Assembly: GCA_051294375.1 (NCBI GenBank)
Contig: CM119268.1
Span: 2,162,854 to 2,212,798 of the forward strand
Origin: Paraspadella gotoi
Taxonomy: Eukaryota; Animalia; Chaetognatha
Length of the DNA stretch: 49,945 nucleotides
Direction of reading: 5' to 3'
Part shown: piece after piece, positions 30,538 to 42,900 of the stretch
Layout of the letters: every line of letters begins with the position of its first letter
Position numbering within the stretch: position 1 is the stretch's first letter
Program-made: the position numbers and the translations under genes
Notes under the pieces: generated by a model
Databases searched by the model: none
Told to the model about the DNA's origin: nothing
What the model saw: the letters and a program-made list of their open reading frames with translations, nothing else

Positions 30538-30885
30538 ATGATGATTGATGATGATGATGATGATGATGGTGATGATGATTATGATGATGATGGTAATGAT
30601 GATGGTGATGATGATTATGATGATGGTAATGATGATGGTGATGTTATGATGATGCTGTGATGATGGTGATATTAATGATGATGATGATGGTGATGATGAT
30701 GCTGGTGATGATGATAATGATGGTGGATATTAATTGATGATGATGATGGTTGATGATGATGCTGGTGATGATTGATAAATTGATGGTGATGATGATGGTG
30801 ATGATGATGGTGATGATAATGATGATGATGATAATGATGGTGATGATGATGATAATGATTATGATGGTGACGATGATGATAATGT
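30538..30885. repeat. (ATG/GTG)n microsatellite
   Basis: Direct reading. Confidence 0.95.
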
Positions 30886-31750
30886 TATGCAAGCTAAATA
30901 ACTCTTTTATGATCGCTTTAAACGATTGCTCTTTCCTATGAAACTGACTTTGTTATTCCGTGTATTTCCGAGTATTTTTGACGCGTACTGCATTGGAATA
31001 ACGTCTTTTATTTTTTATAGTTTATAAGAGATTTCTTTAAAAAACAAAAGGCGGCGCTAGTAGTCGCTTCGACGACAACAAAACGATTGACTTCCGATAA
31101 ATGGTTTCTGAAACTTAATTTGAAACTTTGAATGGATTGCCGGATGAGAGAGAGAGAGAGAGNNNNNNNNNNAGAGAGAGAGAGAGCGAGAGGATTTATT
31201 AAATCGACGAGTAGTATGACCAGTTTGACTGTCGGTGAAAGAGAGAGAGAGAAAGAGAGAGATATATATATATCTTTCTTTGAAGAATGATTCTGCAAAA
31301 AAAATGTCTAATAATTACAAATACAGTACAGGCGATGTCCCTTCGACTTCAGCTCATTCTTATCGTAAAAATGTGAAGTCCTTAGACTAAAGTACAAATC
31401 AATAAAACGGAAACAAATTCCCGGTGCCTTTTTTCCATTCACTTGATTTTTAATCTTTATTTTTGCTCCTCTTTAAGATTTTCTCGTCTACTATAAACTC
31501 CATTATTCTTTTCATCGTTTTAAACTTTTGTACGGATTAACGTAAAAGCTAAACATATATACATATCTATTTTTATGTTTTTAGATTTAGATGTGATTTT
31601 TTATCAATCATTTCGTTACCTTTTTGTCACGAAAGGAATGATTTTTTTTTTTAATTTTCAATTTTCAATTTACAATTTTTAATCTTTAATTTTTAATTTT
31701 TAATTTAATTTTTTTAATTTTCAGTTTAATGACTCAAAAGTATAATTCCG

Positions 31751-34700
31751 ATGGAGAAACTCGTTTGTCTGGAGGATTTTGAAAAACATGCGTTGGTTCT
31801 TTGGGACGAAAATGCGTCCGGATATTATTCAAGGTAAGATATTCTAAATAGTCCCTATTTATAGTTGTGCGTTAGTTATTATGTTTGTAAGTTATTTAGA
31901 ATAGTTAATTTTGTCACCATAGCGGCGCCGATGACGAAGTCACTCTAAAAGAAAACGTCAAAGCTTTCAGGTCTGAAAATATGACAAAAGTTTGAATAAA
32001 TTAAACTACGAAGAGATAAATTGTTATATAAAACTTTAGTTTAGGTTTTTTTTTCTCCCAGACGAATTAATCTTCTTCCAAGAATATTAAGGACCGATGT
32101 TTCTAGTCTTCATTTGTCCACGACGTTTCTCGGAGAAAAGTTAGTTTAGTAAATATTATGGTGGACTAAAATCTGCTTATATTGAACGGTTCTGTCACTA
32201 ACACAAAACAATAATTACTATCTCTTCAATATAAAAATAGTAAAATATTGTCTAAAACTATTCTCGGTCTTCAGGGTGGCGTTCCCCGTTGGATTCGCGC
32301 CAACGTCGATGCAGGGCATGTGCCATCCAGATGGAGAATGCGCAACCGCAGCGGCAGGTGATATCTTGTTTGTTGCTGCCAACATTAAAACTTGATCGTT
32401 CCTATCATCCACTTTATTTAATCAAAGCTTCCGACTTCGGGGTCGTCTACGTTCAGAGCATGACGTCCAATAAAAGTATCGAAGAAGTGAAAACTTCGGC
32501 TCCTAACGGCGTCAAGTGGCTACAGATTTATTTGTTCAAAGATCGACAGGTTTTCTTTATGTTGTTGCTTTCTTTGTTGTCAAATTCAAAACGTAAACAA
32601 ATTAATTTTAAAAGAGCAGTCGGATCTGAAAATCTGAGCTCTACAGCCGCGTTTATGAAGTTGATAAAAGTAAACATTACAAATTTGAAAAACTCCCGTC
32701 AAAACCAATTAAGGTAAATGTCGATCTCGCGAATCGAGCCTTTCGCGCGGGATTCACAGCCATCGTCCTCACGGTCGACGCCCCGATCGGCGGCAACAGA
32801 CGAAGAGATCAACGCAATAAATTTAAACTTCCGTCAAATCTGTCGCTCGCCAATTTCCGAGATTATTCCAATCGGTGAATCGGGATGAAATTACTTTCGG
32901 TCATCGTAATGTCATGTCATGTTACGACCCGATCAAATTTTTTTGGGGTCATCTTTCCATCAGCATGAAACGACCGAAAGAAAGTTCCGCGATTCAAGAG
33001 TTCGTCTTCTCGGCCTTTGACCAAAATATCACATGGAGCGACGTCGATTGGCTGAAATCCATCTCTCCTCTGCCAATCGTCTTGAAGGGTGAAAAAAAAA
33101 TCCGTGTTCATGAATGCATCAATTGTATCATTTATTCATTAATTAGATCTTGCTTCGTAAACTTGCTTAGGTTTTCGTCATTCCTAACATCATTTCTAAA
33201 TTCCTTTTTGAATTTTAACATTGATTCATTCTTAACTTCCTTCTTTCTTAACCTTATTTCTTATTTCTTCCTTTAACTTCCTCGATTAATCTTAATCTAT
33301 TATTATGGCGGAAACAGTTTCGCCGACACGAGTTGACCCCAGTTTGTCACTTATTTGTCTGGCCGTGAGGGAAGCAGGTTGATGACTCTCTCTCTCTCTC
33401 TCTCTCTCTCTCACGATATATTTTATTCACAATATGTCTCGTGTCTGTTTGTAACCAAAACTAACCATAGTCAATAAATGTATTATATGCCTATGTATTT
33501 ATTCCAAATCCCCCCACAGGCATCCTTCATCCCGGCGACGCCGTCGAAGCGGCTCGTCGAGGCGTCGCCGGCGTCATCGTCAGCAATCACGGCGCCAGAC
33601 AATTGGACACGACGCCGGCTTCGATCGACGCGCTGCCCTCTATCGTCGACGCCGTTAAGGGATCCGGTCAGGACGAAATCCTTCCTTCGGGAATTTTGAA
33701 AATAAATATATAGTTTTTAATTAATCGTTTAAAATTTCAATTAATTAAAATTTTAAATTAAATAGTGTCATCGATTAATTAATTAATTAATATTAATTAA
33801 TGTCATCGAATGCACTTGGTGTGGGTAGTATTGTTTTACAATGTAACATCGAGTAGTAGTTGCTATCAATTTCACGAATCTTAATCACGCTACATTCTGA
33901 ATGAAACGCTGAAATCGTCAATAATTATTATCAATTATCAATAAATATTAATTATTCGATGTTAGGTATTTATAATTAATGATTGTGTTTAGCTGAATTG
34001 CCGATTCACTTGAGGAACCATTTTAGCCTTAGATATTTTTTTTTTTCCGCATATTTACTTTTATTTTTTTTTAAAAGCGAATTCATTCATTTAATAATTA
34101 ATAATGTAAAAAATTAGAAAAACTTATTTTTAAAGGCGTGGAAGTGTTTCTCGACAGCGGAATTAAGACCGGAGGCGACGTCTTCAAATCTTTGGCGCTC
34201 GGAGCGAAAGGCGTCTTCGTGGGAAGACCGGTTCTGCACGGACTTACCGTCGGGGGTAAGTTAAGGGGCAGACGCGAGGATTCAAAATGGTCAAAAAGGG
34301 AAAGTGGGCTCCGAGCAATCGTTACCGAGTTATGTAGTCGGGCATTGCCTAGGTTCACCCCGACTATAAGCATGACTCTTTCTGTTGTGACCCGGTGGCT
34401 CATTGACTAAAGCCATCAGCTCATGACCACTAGGTACCGGGTTCAGTCCCAACCCGGTAACTACCCTGCGGGAAGAGTGAGGTCGGCCGTAAGCCGCCTT
34501 GGGGACATGGCAAACCCTCAAGCCTGGTTCCAAGCCCAGGACCCGTTCCATGTCTGCTAGAGGGGGTTATAGAAGATATGGATAGTCATCTTCTGCCCAC
34601 TTAGCGCCTTATCCACAGTTATGTACTCTATTATGTAATAATTGAACTTAATTTAGATATAAGTATTGCGCAACTGAGCTCTTTTAAACAGATATCTCCG

Positions 34701-35015
34701 TAGTCTTGAAATAATCGAGTGATAATAATAAAGTGAAACGAAACAGTTTGGGAATCTGATTTGGCAAATATTACTAAATAGTAAATTAGATATCAAAATT
34801 TACCGATAACAAAATTTTCTCTGTCCAATCAAGGACGCGCCGGCGTGACTCGCGTCATGCAAATCCTTCGCGACGAATTGAGTCGAACGATGGCGCTGAT
34901 GGGCGTCAATTCCGTCGCCGACATCGGATCCGCAGCCGTCGCAGCCGCCGATGCCGCTGCCGCCGCTGCCGCTGCCTTCGCCGCCGCTCCCGCTGCCATG
35001 AAAGCGAAACTTTGA
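31751..35015 (+). CDS. HAO: FMN-dependent (S)-2-hydroxy-acid oxidase (glycolate oxidase/HAO family), 10 exons: 31751-31833, 31923-31970, 32062-32139, 32275-32357, 32428-32549, 32714-32874, 32964-33088, 33520-33666, 34136-34255, 34834-35015
   Basis: Manual GT-AG splicing gives one continuous 1149-nt frame (382 aa + stop): [139 protein letters not shown]. The family motifs ([15 protein letters not shown]) and the C-terminal PTS1 are present. Confidence 0.95.
34389..34460 (+). mobile_element. tRNA-derived SINE-like head in HAO intron 9
   Basis: A-box-like TGGCTCATTGACTAAAGC and B-box-like GGTTCAGTCC at tRNA-like spacing, at the start of a GC-balanced block within an AT-rich intron. Confidence 0.5.
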
Positions 35016-36104
35016 TGAGGAATTAGCGACGGACGACGGCAGCTGCTTCCTGCTGCGGCTGCTGATGTTGTTTATTTGTTATTTATTGTGTTTTCTCTTT
35101 TTTTTTTTATTGCATCTGATTAACGATTTTTACGATTGCTACATTGTACGGATAATTAACTTTGTATAATTTGGATATAACTTTGGATATAACTTTGAAT
35201 AATTAACTTTGTAGATAGTAATGGGTATTTAATATTATAGTAATATTTTAGTAATAGGTATTTAAGATTAAATTTCTGCTCCCAAAAATGGTTTAAAGGC
35301 TTGAAGGATCGAGCATCGAGCAATTGCTTTGTTTGTTACGCTTAGCAAAAGGAGTTTCTTGATTGAACAAGAGACGCACTGGAATTGAGGGTCAGAACGA
35401 TTGTCTTTCTGCAACTGGCGGTCCCAGGTGGCTTAAAAACTACGCCACAGAAAAAAATTTTCGTTAAAGATTTCATTTCTAAAATCAACTAATCAGTTCA
35501 GTGCAAAAGTCTTTGTCAATTCAAGTTTATTTTTAATCCTTAATGTCATATAATTTAACTCGACATCGCAAGGTTCACCGGGATTGTTCTGCGTTTAATG
35601 TTCACTAAAGGAATCACGGATTCGCTAAAGTGATTCTCAAAAAGAATTCACCGCAGAAAAAAAAAATTCTAAGCATCTCTGGGTATTTTTCAGTTTATCC
35701 CCGACCGAGTAAATCACGTTAAACCCGCGTGAACGGTCACGTGACTTTTGGATTTACTGTGAGAGAGTCCTCGTCTTTTCTTTAAACCGTATTGCAAAAC
35801 ATTAGTCGAAAGTGGCATTTCAATGTCTCGCGAGAAATTATAAAATCTCTTAAAATTATACGAATCTGACAAAATGAATAAACACAGTAAAAGAATAAAA
35901 ACTTAGAACTTTAAACCAACACTGCCCCAATTGTTTAGATTCGCCCTGTAACCTCAAAAGATTACATTGAGAATTTATGTGATGTCTGTAATCCCAGAGA
36001 CCCAAACAACTTTCTTTTTCTCCTTTCACCTCCCCCCCCAATTCCCGAACCAAAAAAAAAAAAAAAATAATAGAGTCCATATGAACCCTGGAACATCTCT
36101 CAAC

Positions 36105-36670
36105 GCTCCCCCCTACCCCCTCTCTTCTTCACCCGCGGCACATCCCCTCTCTTCTCCCCCAAACACCTCCTCTCTTCTCCCCCACCCCCTCCTCTCTTCC
36201 CCCCACACCCCCTCTCTTCTTCGCCCCCCACACCCCCGTCTCTTATCCCCCCCAACTCCCCTCTCTTCTTCCCCAAAACACCCCCCCTTCTTCTTTCCCT
36301 CTACCCCCCCTCTCTTTTCCCCACCACACCCCTCTCTTCTTCACCCGCGGCTTCTCTCGTCGTCTCCCAAACACCTCCTCTCTTCTCCCCCTCTCTTCTC
36401 CCCCCACCCCCCCTCTCTTCTTCCCCCCACACCCTCTCTTTCTTCACCCCGCGGCTTCTCTCTCGTCTCCCCAAACACCTCCTCTCTTCTCCCGCCTCTC
36501 TTCTCCCCCCTACACCCCTCTCCTTCCCCCCACACCCCCTCTCTTCTCCCCCCCACACCCCCTCTCTTCTCCCCCCAAACACCCCCTTTCTTCTTCCCCC
36601 CACACCCCCTCTCTCTCTTCCCCGCCCACACCCCTTCTCTTCTTCCCCCCCACCCTTTCTCTTCCCCCCA
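36105..36670. repeat. Degenerate ~19-21-bp C/T-rich minisatellite (CCCCACACCCCCTCTCTTCT-like)
   Basis: The unit recurs many times; G-rich on the minus strand. Confidence 0.7.
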
Positions 36671-37031
36671 GGCCTCTCAAACGTCAAAACACGAAACCGA
36701 TTCTCCACAATAAAGAAAATTTGCGGGGAATGAGTCCGACGTTAACCTTTCCCTTTTTTGTTCCTTCAACGACCAACACAACTTTTTTACCGCACTTTCC
36801 ACGGTTTTTTTATTCACCTTCCGCCTCACCTTTGTCAAACCTTACCTTAGTAAGGGTCCTTACCTAACCCTGTTTTTTTTCTCTCTCACCTCCTTCCTTA
36901 CCCCAAAACGGAAGCACCTTCAAACCTCCGCCAAAAAAATTTACCTCTCCGGAAAAAAAAACCCGCAGAGGGCGAGTTTCCAGTGTTTTGGTTTATATCC
37001 TTTGTCGTCGTCGTCGTCGTCGTCGTCGTCG

Positions 37032-37064
<33 letters not shown>

Positions 37065-37389
37065 TTCGTCGTGGTCTGGGACGCGTCTTACAGAAAAAAC
37101 AAAAGAAAAAGCGTCTTACTATAAAAGGAAAAAAGAAAAATAAAAAAGAAAAAAAAGCCAGGGTTCTTACTATCTGCCGATTTTTCAATGTTTTTTCAGT
37201 TTTACGGCCGCCGTTATTGTCTGGTTTCCTCTTGCCATTTTATTTTCCGCGCGGCTTCTCCTCTCTTTATTTCTTTATTGTTTTTTTTTGTGTGTGTCTG
37301 GTTTTTTTTGTTTCTTTTTTTTCGAAGAGGGGTGTTAGGATTTTCGTGTTTCAGTCGCGCAATCGCTCCTTCTCGTGTTTTCTCTTTAC

Positions 37390-37730
37390 TTTTAGTTGCG
37401 CCGCGGGTATCGAGGAGCAACTCAATAAGTCACTTTTCGGTCGGTCTGTCTGTCGGTCAGTCCCAACTACGTTAAAAATTGTATATAATTCGCCTAAAGT
37501 TGGTTGCTCATTTGTTAAGACAGAAAAAAACCTCAAATCTAAGGGACTGCTAAAAATACCAACACTATAAGGAATATAAGACGCTTTTCGATGCAGTGCA
37601 TGTCATAAATACAAGGGCTGAGAAAGTTTTTTAGTCAAGTTATGTCATGTCATATCATGTGATCAAAGGGAAATACACGTGAAAATAAAGTCACTGCGGC
37701 GCAACACATTGGAATCATTGGAATTGTTTT
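37390..37730 (+). mobile_element. DINE-1/HINE-like non-autonomous element, copy 2
   Basis: GTTGCGCCGC near the 5' end and its perfect complement GCGGCGCAAC at 37696-37705. GTCY core and AAAAAACCTCAAATCTAAG are shared with copy 1. Confidence 0.6.
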
Positions 37731-38468
37731 AAAGACGTTTCCTTTTCTCGTCTTTACTTTTAAAGGGTTTCCTGTCTCTCTGTCTGTAGAGAACTTCTGT
37801 CTCGACGCTTGCGGTCCGGGCGTTTGCAGAGTCGCTCGTCAACAAATGGTTTTGCATCAAAGGAGTCTCGCTGACTTTATTCGCGTTGAGTGTAAAACGA
37901 GAATTTACCAAAAGTCTAAACGTTTATTCTCGGTAACAGACGTGGCAAATACGTGACAATAACGTGACAAAAAATAAGTCGCGAAAACCCGTAAAAATAA
38001 CGGTTTTCAGACGAGCAACGAGTTTCCAAAGAGTGGTTCTAAAAACGACTGAAAAGTCGATCACAAAAATTATGAAAGTAAGGTTCAAAAATTGACCGAC
38101 GTCCAAAAACGGGCCGAGATAGAGAGAGAGAGAAAAATGACCCTAAATATGATACGAATAACGAGGCGATTTCTCTTCACTGTCTCTGTCTCTCTCTCTT
38201 TCTATCTCTCTCTCTTTCTCTCTTGTTCTCTCTTTTTTTTTCATTTTCGTACAAATATTTCATTTAAGTCTTGAAATTTCTGACTCGACTTTCGATAGAC
38301 TTCCACGGTCCACGCAGGAGATTTTATTTTTCTCCTCTACCTTAATTCATCTTCTACTGACTAATTTTTTTCTTTAATAATACGTATATTCAATTTCATG
38401 ATTTTATATAATTTTTCTCACTTAACTTCATTTCATCCTTTTCACACTCTCTTTCATCACCTTTAAAA

Positions 38469-38511
<43 letters not shown>

Positions 38512-38947
38512 TCTCGCCTCTCTCTCTCTCCCTCCTCATCTCTCTCTTTCACATTATCCCCCCGCCCCTTTTCTTCTCTCTCTTCGATATTCCTTAAACC
38601 CAATCCGATCAAACCCGCATGCCACTTTTCTCTTGCTAGTATGTCTGAACTCCATTTGTATTCAATCTTATCTTTCATCCCTTTTGGTCTTGATCCCCTT
38701 TATGGCGTTCCCCTCCCGCCCGCCCCCCCGGCCTCCCTCCGCACGGCCCCCTTGTCTCTTCGTCGGCACCGAATAATTCTATTTTCTTTGTTTTTTGTAT
38801 TCTTTCTTTTTTTTCACATTTTTTTTTTCTGTTTCTGTACTGTCTCGCCAGTAGCGTTCCAATATAGAGTCGTTTCTTGACTCCTCTCTCTCCTTCTCTT
38901 TCTCTCTCTCTCTGTTCTCTCTCTGCTCTCTCTCCTCTCCTCTTTTC

Positions 38948-39536
38948 TGTGCCCTAGTTCCCGGAGGCCAGCTAACAGCTCGTGACGAGTGGGCATGGCC
39001 GCCTGGCAGGGTCACGTGGTCTAAAGACGATGACGTCACAGGGAAAACGTGCACTGATTTAGAATTGTTTGTTGATTCAATTTTTCAAGTTTATTTCAAT
39101 TGATTGGTAAAATCATTTCTTTGATTAGAGACAGTTTTCTTATCATTGAATAATGTATATTTACATTGGAAGAGATAAGTAAAAAATAATCAAATGATAA
39201 ACAACAATCGTATTTCTGATTGATTTTCTCAAACCAGACTGAAATCATTCAGCAAACAACAATTAAAGTAACACATCATTAAAACAAATGCTTTAAAACT
39301 ATAGAAGGACATCTTAGTGGATAAGTTTTTAATAGTTGGAGACAAAAGAACAAAAGATTTCTTGGAAATTGTGGATAATTTTTTTTTTGTTGACATTTCG
39401 GAGTAGGAGAATCATGAGCCATCTGGCTGCGTTCAGTGTTGGGAATCAGATGGTTCCAGATACTCAAGTCTGGTTCGATCCCCGGAGTGGAAGGATTTAT
39501 TTTGTTTATGGATATTTATCCACTCGAGCGGCCGCA
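38948..39536 (-). repeat. 3' LTR
   Basis: Direct repeat of 44917-45494, preceded on the minus strand by a purine tract. Contains TGACGTCA and CACGTG motifs. Confidence 0.92.
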
Positions 39537-39550
39537 AGCCCCCTGTTGAA
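39537..39550 (-). promoter_or_regulatory. Polypurine tract
   Basis: Minus strand AACAGGGGGCT lies directly before the TG of the 3' LTR. Confidence 0.6.
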
Positions 39551-39982
39551 ATAGATAATAATATATAAAACAATAAAAATGTTTCGTCCAAAGAGTGCTA
39601 TTAAATGAGAAAAATAATATATTCTTTCAACCTATATAAATAAAATTTACTGGAAAGTAATCCATAAGCCAGTTTAAACATACAAGAATTCTTCCAAAGG
39701 CACCCGTGGAAAATCCGAAACACATATCGAAATTACCGAAAAGCATCTAAAATATTGCAAAAAATTACTAAAATATTTAAAACAACCAAATATGGATCAG
39801 TATATACATTATATACATCAATCAAACCAGGTACGGTCTCAGTCGTCGGAGGAAGATGGGATGGGCAGACGTGCGCCGGCTTGCTGATTGAGGCCAAGCC
39901 TGGGCATGTATTCTTTTTGTTGTATTGTTTGGTTGTTGTTGTCTTCGTTTTCGATGTTTTGGCGCTGCGTAACATCTGCCTT

Positions 39983-42900
39983 TTAATACGACGGCGTAGG
40001 TCGGTCGGTTTTGAAAAAGTTTTCTGTCGTCGACCTCGAAAATTTTAGCTCTGTTGGCTCATTCTTGGGTTTTCGAGGTTGTTGTTGTTGTTGTTCTTCT
40101 CCTTTCCCGTTCGATGATGAAGTCTGTATGAGCGTGAGGGCTGGTTCACAACGAGAAACATGAAGGCGAGCGATGCAAAAATGTAAAGCAGGAGATGGTG
40201 GACGGATGAGGTCGGGAGAGAGGAAGGTGGGGCTCGACGGGCACTGGTAATTGGGGAGGAGGATGGAGGGAGGAGGAGAGGAGGAAGAAGAGGAGGGGCC
40301 GCTCGTTTTGTCATTGATCGAGTTTTTCGAGTTGTTGGCGCGGGGTATTCGTGTTCTAACTCCTGGTTCGACGGCCTGGAGCTCTTTCTTGACGTGGTTC
40401 GGGTCCTCGACCTCCACATCCTTCGTCGCTGATCCAGTGCTGGTTTTATTCGCTGCGATCGTTACCGTTTCTCGGCCAGAGCTAGGAATTTCGACGGTTA
40501 TATTTGATCCGTTACGGTGAACGACGCGGTATGGGCCTTTGTATGGTGGGATGAGGGGAGGTTGGACGCCTGCGCGTCGCACGAAGACGTATTTGGCTGA
40601 GTCTAGGTTGGAGGGAAGATGAATAGCTGGTTGGTGGTGGGCGGAGGTTGGCGTCGGCTGCAAACGAGCGACTTCTAATCGTAGTTTCGAGAGCTTATTT
40701 CGACGTTGTTGATTCAAATTGTTTTCGTTGGTTTGAGCATCGCCGAGAATGGCGCCGGGGACGTCGATGCCCTCGCCAAACACAAGATCTGCCGCTGAAG
40801 CGCCTATGTCTTCTTTGATTGTTGTGCGGATCGCCAGTAACGTGAGTGGTAGTTTCCAGAACCACTTCTCTCTTTCCTCCTTTGCTAATGCCCTTAGTGA
40901 TTCTTTTAACCTCCGATGGAATCTTTCAACTAAACCATTAGCCTGTGGGTGGTAAGCTGTTGTAGTTTGGTGTCGAATCCCCCACTGCTTTGTAAGTTGA
41001 CTCCATAGTGCTGATGTAAATTGACTTCCCTGGTCTGTGGTTATGACGGATGGTACTCCAAAGGTACTAATCCATTCTAAACTCATTGCATCGAGAATTG
41101 TGGGAGTCAAAGTGTCTGGGATTGGAATGGCGGCCGGCCATCTTGAAAATCGATCAACTATGGTCAACAAGTGTGAGAAGCCGTTTGATTTTGGCATTTT
41201 GACGAGGTCGACATTAAGATGTTGAAATCTTTTTGCTGGAACTTTAAACTCCCCAATTTCGGGGACTACGTGTCTGGTAATCTTTGCCCGCTGGCAGTCT
41301 ACACAGTTTCTGGCCCAGCGAGTCACGTCCTGCCGCATGTTCGTCCATACAAACTTTGCTGCAACTGCTTTACGTGTAGCGTCGACGCCTGGATGGCCGA
41401 GTCCATGGATCACGTCAAATATTTTTCGACGCCAAGAAGCCGGGACAAAAGGGCGAGCGGGGCCATTGGAAATGTCGGCCAAGAGTTCCTGTTCGCCTAC
41501 TCTGATCTTCCTGAAGGTTAAACCTGTTCTGGCTTCCCCAGCGATCCTTTGAAAATCCTGATCTAATGTTTGCTCGCGCGCCATCTGCTCGAAATCAATC
41601 TCAAAGTTTGTGAGGGATGCGATGACGGCGTAGGCATCTTCCAGTTGATTTGGTTTGATGCTGCGATCCAATTTCCCGTCGATAAGCTGTTCTGCTGCTG
41701 TAGTTGCTGCAACTTGTTTCGGCAATGTATTTTCATCGGTTGAGGTTGCTGCAGGTTGATTTGATGGTACTGCATCATTGGCTGTGGTTATTGCATGTTG
41801 ATTGGGCGCTGTTGCTGCGTTGTCTGCATTTCGAGTTGTCGACGAAGTATTGGGGCGAGACAAAGCGTCAGCTACCACATTTGCTTTGCCTTTGAGGTAC
41901 CTGACGTCGGTAGTGAATTCTGCAATAACTGACAGTTGGTACGATTGCCTTACAGTTTGAGGTTCGGATTTTTTTCGAATTGCCGAAACGAGGCTTTGAT
42001 GGTCTGTGTATAGGGTAAAGGCTCGGCCTTCTACCCAATGTCGGAAGTGCCTTACTGCTCTGAATGCACCGAAAAGTTCTTTATCAAATGGCGGCCAGAG
42101 TTTCTGGTTTTTTGCAAGCTTAGCCGAGAAGAACGCGAGTGGTTCCCAGCCTTTGGGTCCCCTTTGTTCCAAAACTGCGCCTACAGCGTTATCTGAAGCA
42201 TCGGTCGTTATGCACAATTGTGCACCGGTTCTTGGATGATGAAGGAGGGCCGCTGAGATAAGTCCTTCTTTAATGGCTTCAAATGCTTTCTCACACTCGT
42301 CAGTCCATTCCAAAACTTTCGGTTTTCCACTGAGAGCTTCATAGAGTGGAGAACAACGATGGGCCACGCCTGATATGAATCTGCGGTAATAATTTACCAT
42401 ACCAAGGAATCGTTGTAATTCCTTGATAGTCGTTGGCCTCGTTGTTTCTCTGAGGGTCTGGACGCGTTCAGGAAGCGGTCGCACGCCATTCTTGTCTACA
42501 AGGAATCCAAGGAATTCCAATGACTCTTGACCGAGGAGGCATTTTTTGGTGTTAACCACCAATCCATTTTGATCTAATGCCTTAAAAACGCGTTCAAGGT
42601 CTTGGAGATGCTCTTCTGGGCTTGAGGAGGCGACGAGAATATCATCTAGATACACGAATGTATGGGGAATATCCCCAAGGATCTCGTCCATGAGTCGCTG
42701 GAAATCTTGCCCAGCATTCTTCAATCCGAAGGGGCAGCGGGGAAAAACATAAAGTCCGAAGGGAGTAATCACCGCCGTTTTTTTTACATCATCTGGGTTA
42801 ACGGGAATCTGGTGATATCCCTTAAGTAAATCGATTTTTGAAAAAATCGTTTTACCTTCCAGTTGCGAGTTAAAATCCGTCAGCAATTTCACTGGGTAGC

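Noticed and set aside
35967-36713. 248-aa Pro/Ser/Leu-rich ORF (extensin-like)
   Set aside because: Product of a C/T minisatellite that lacks stop codons by composition.
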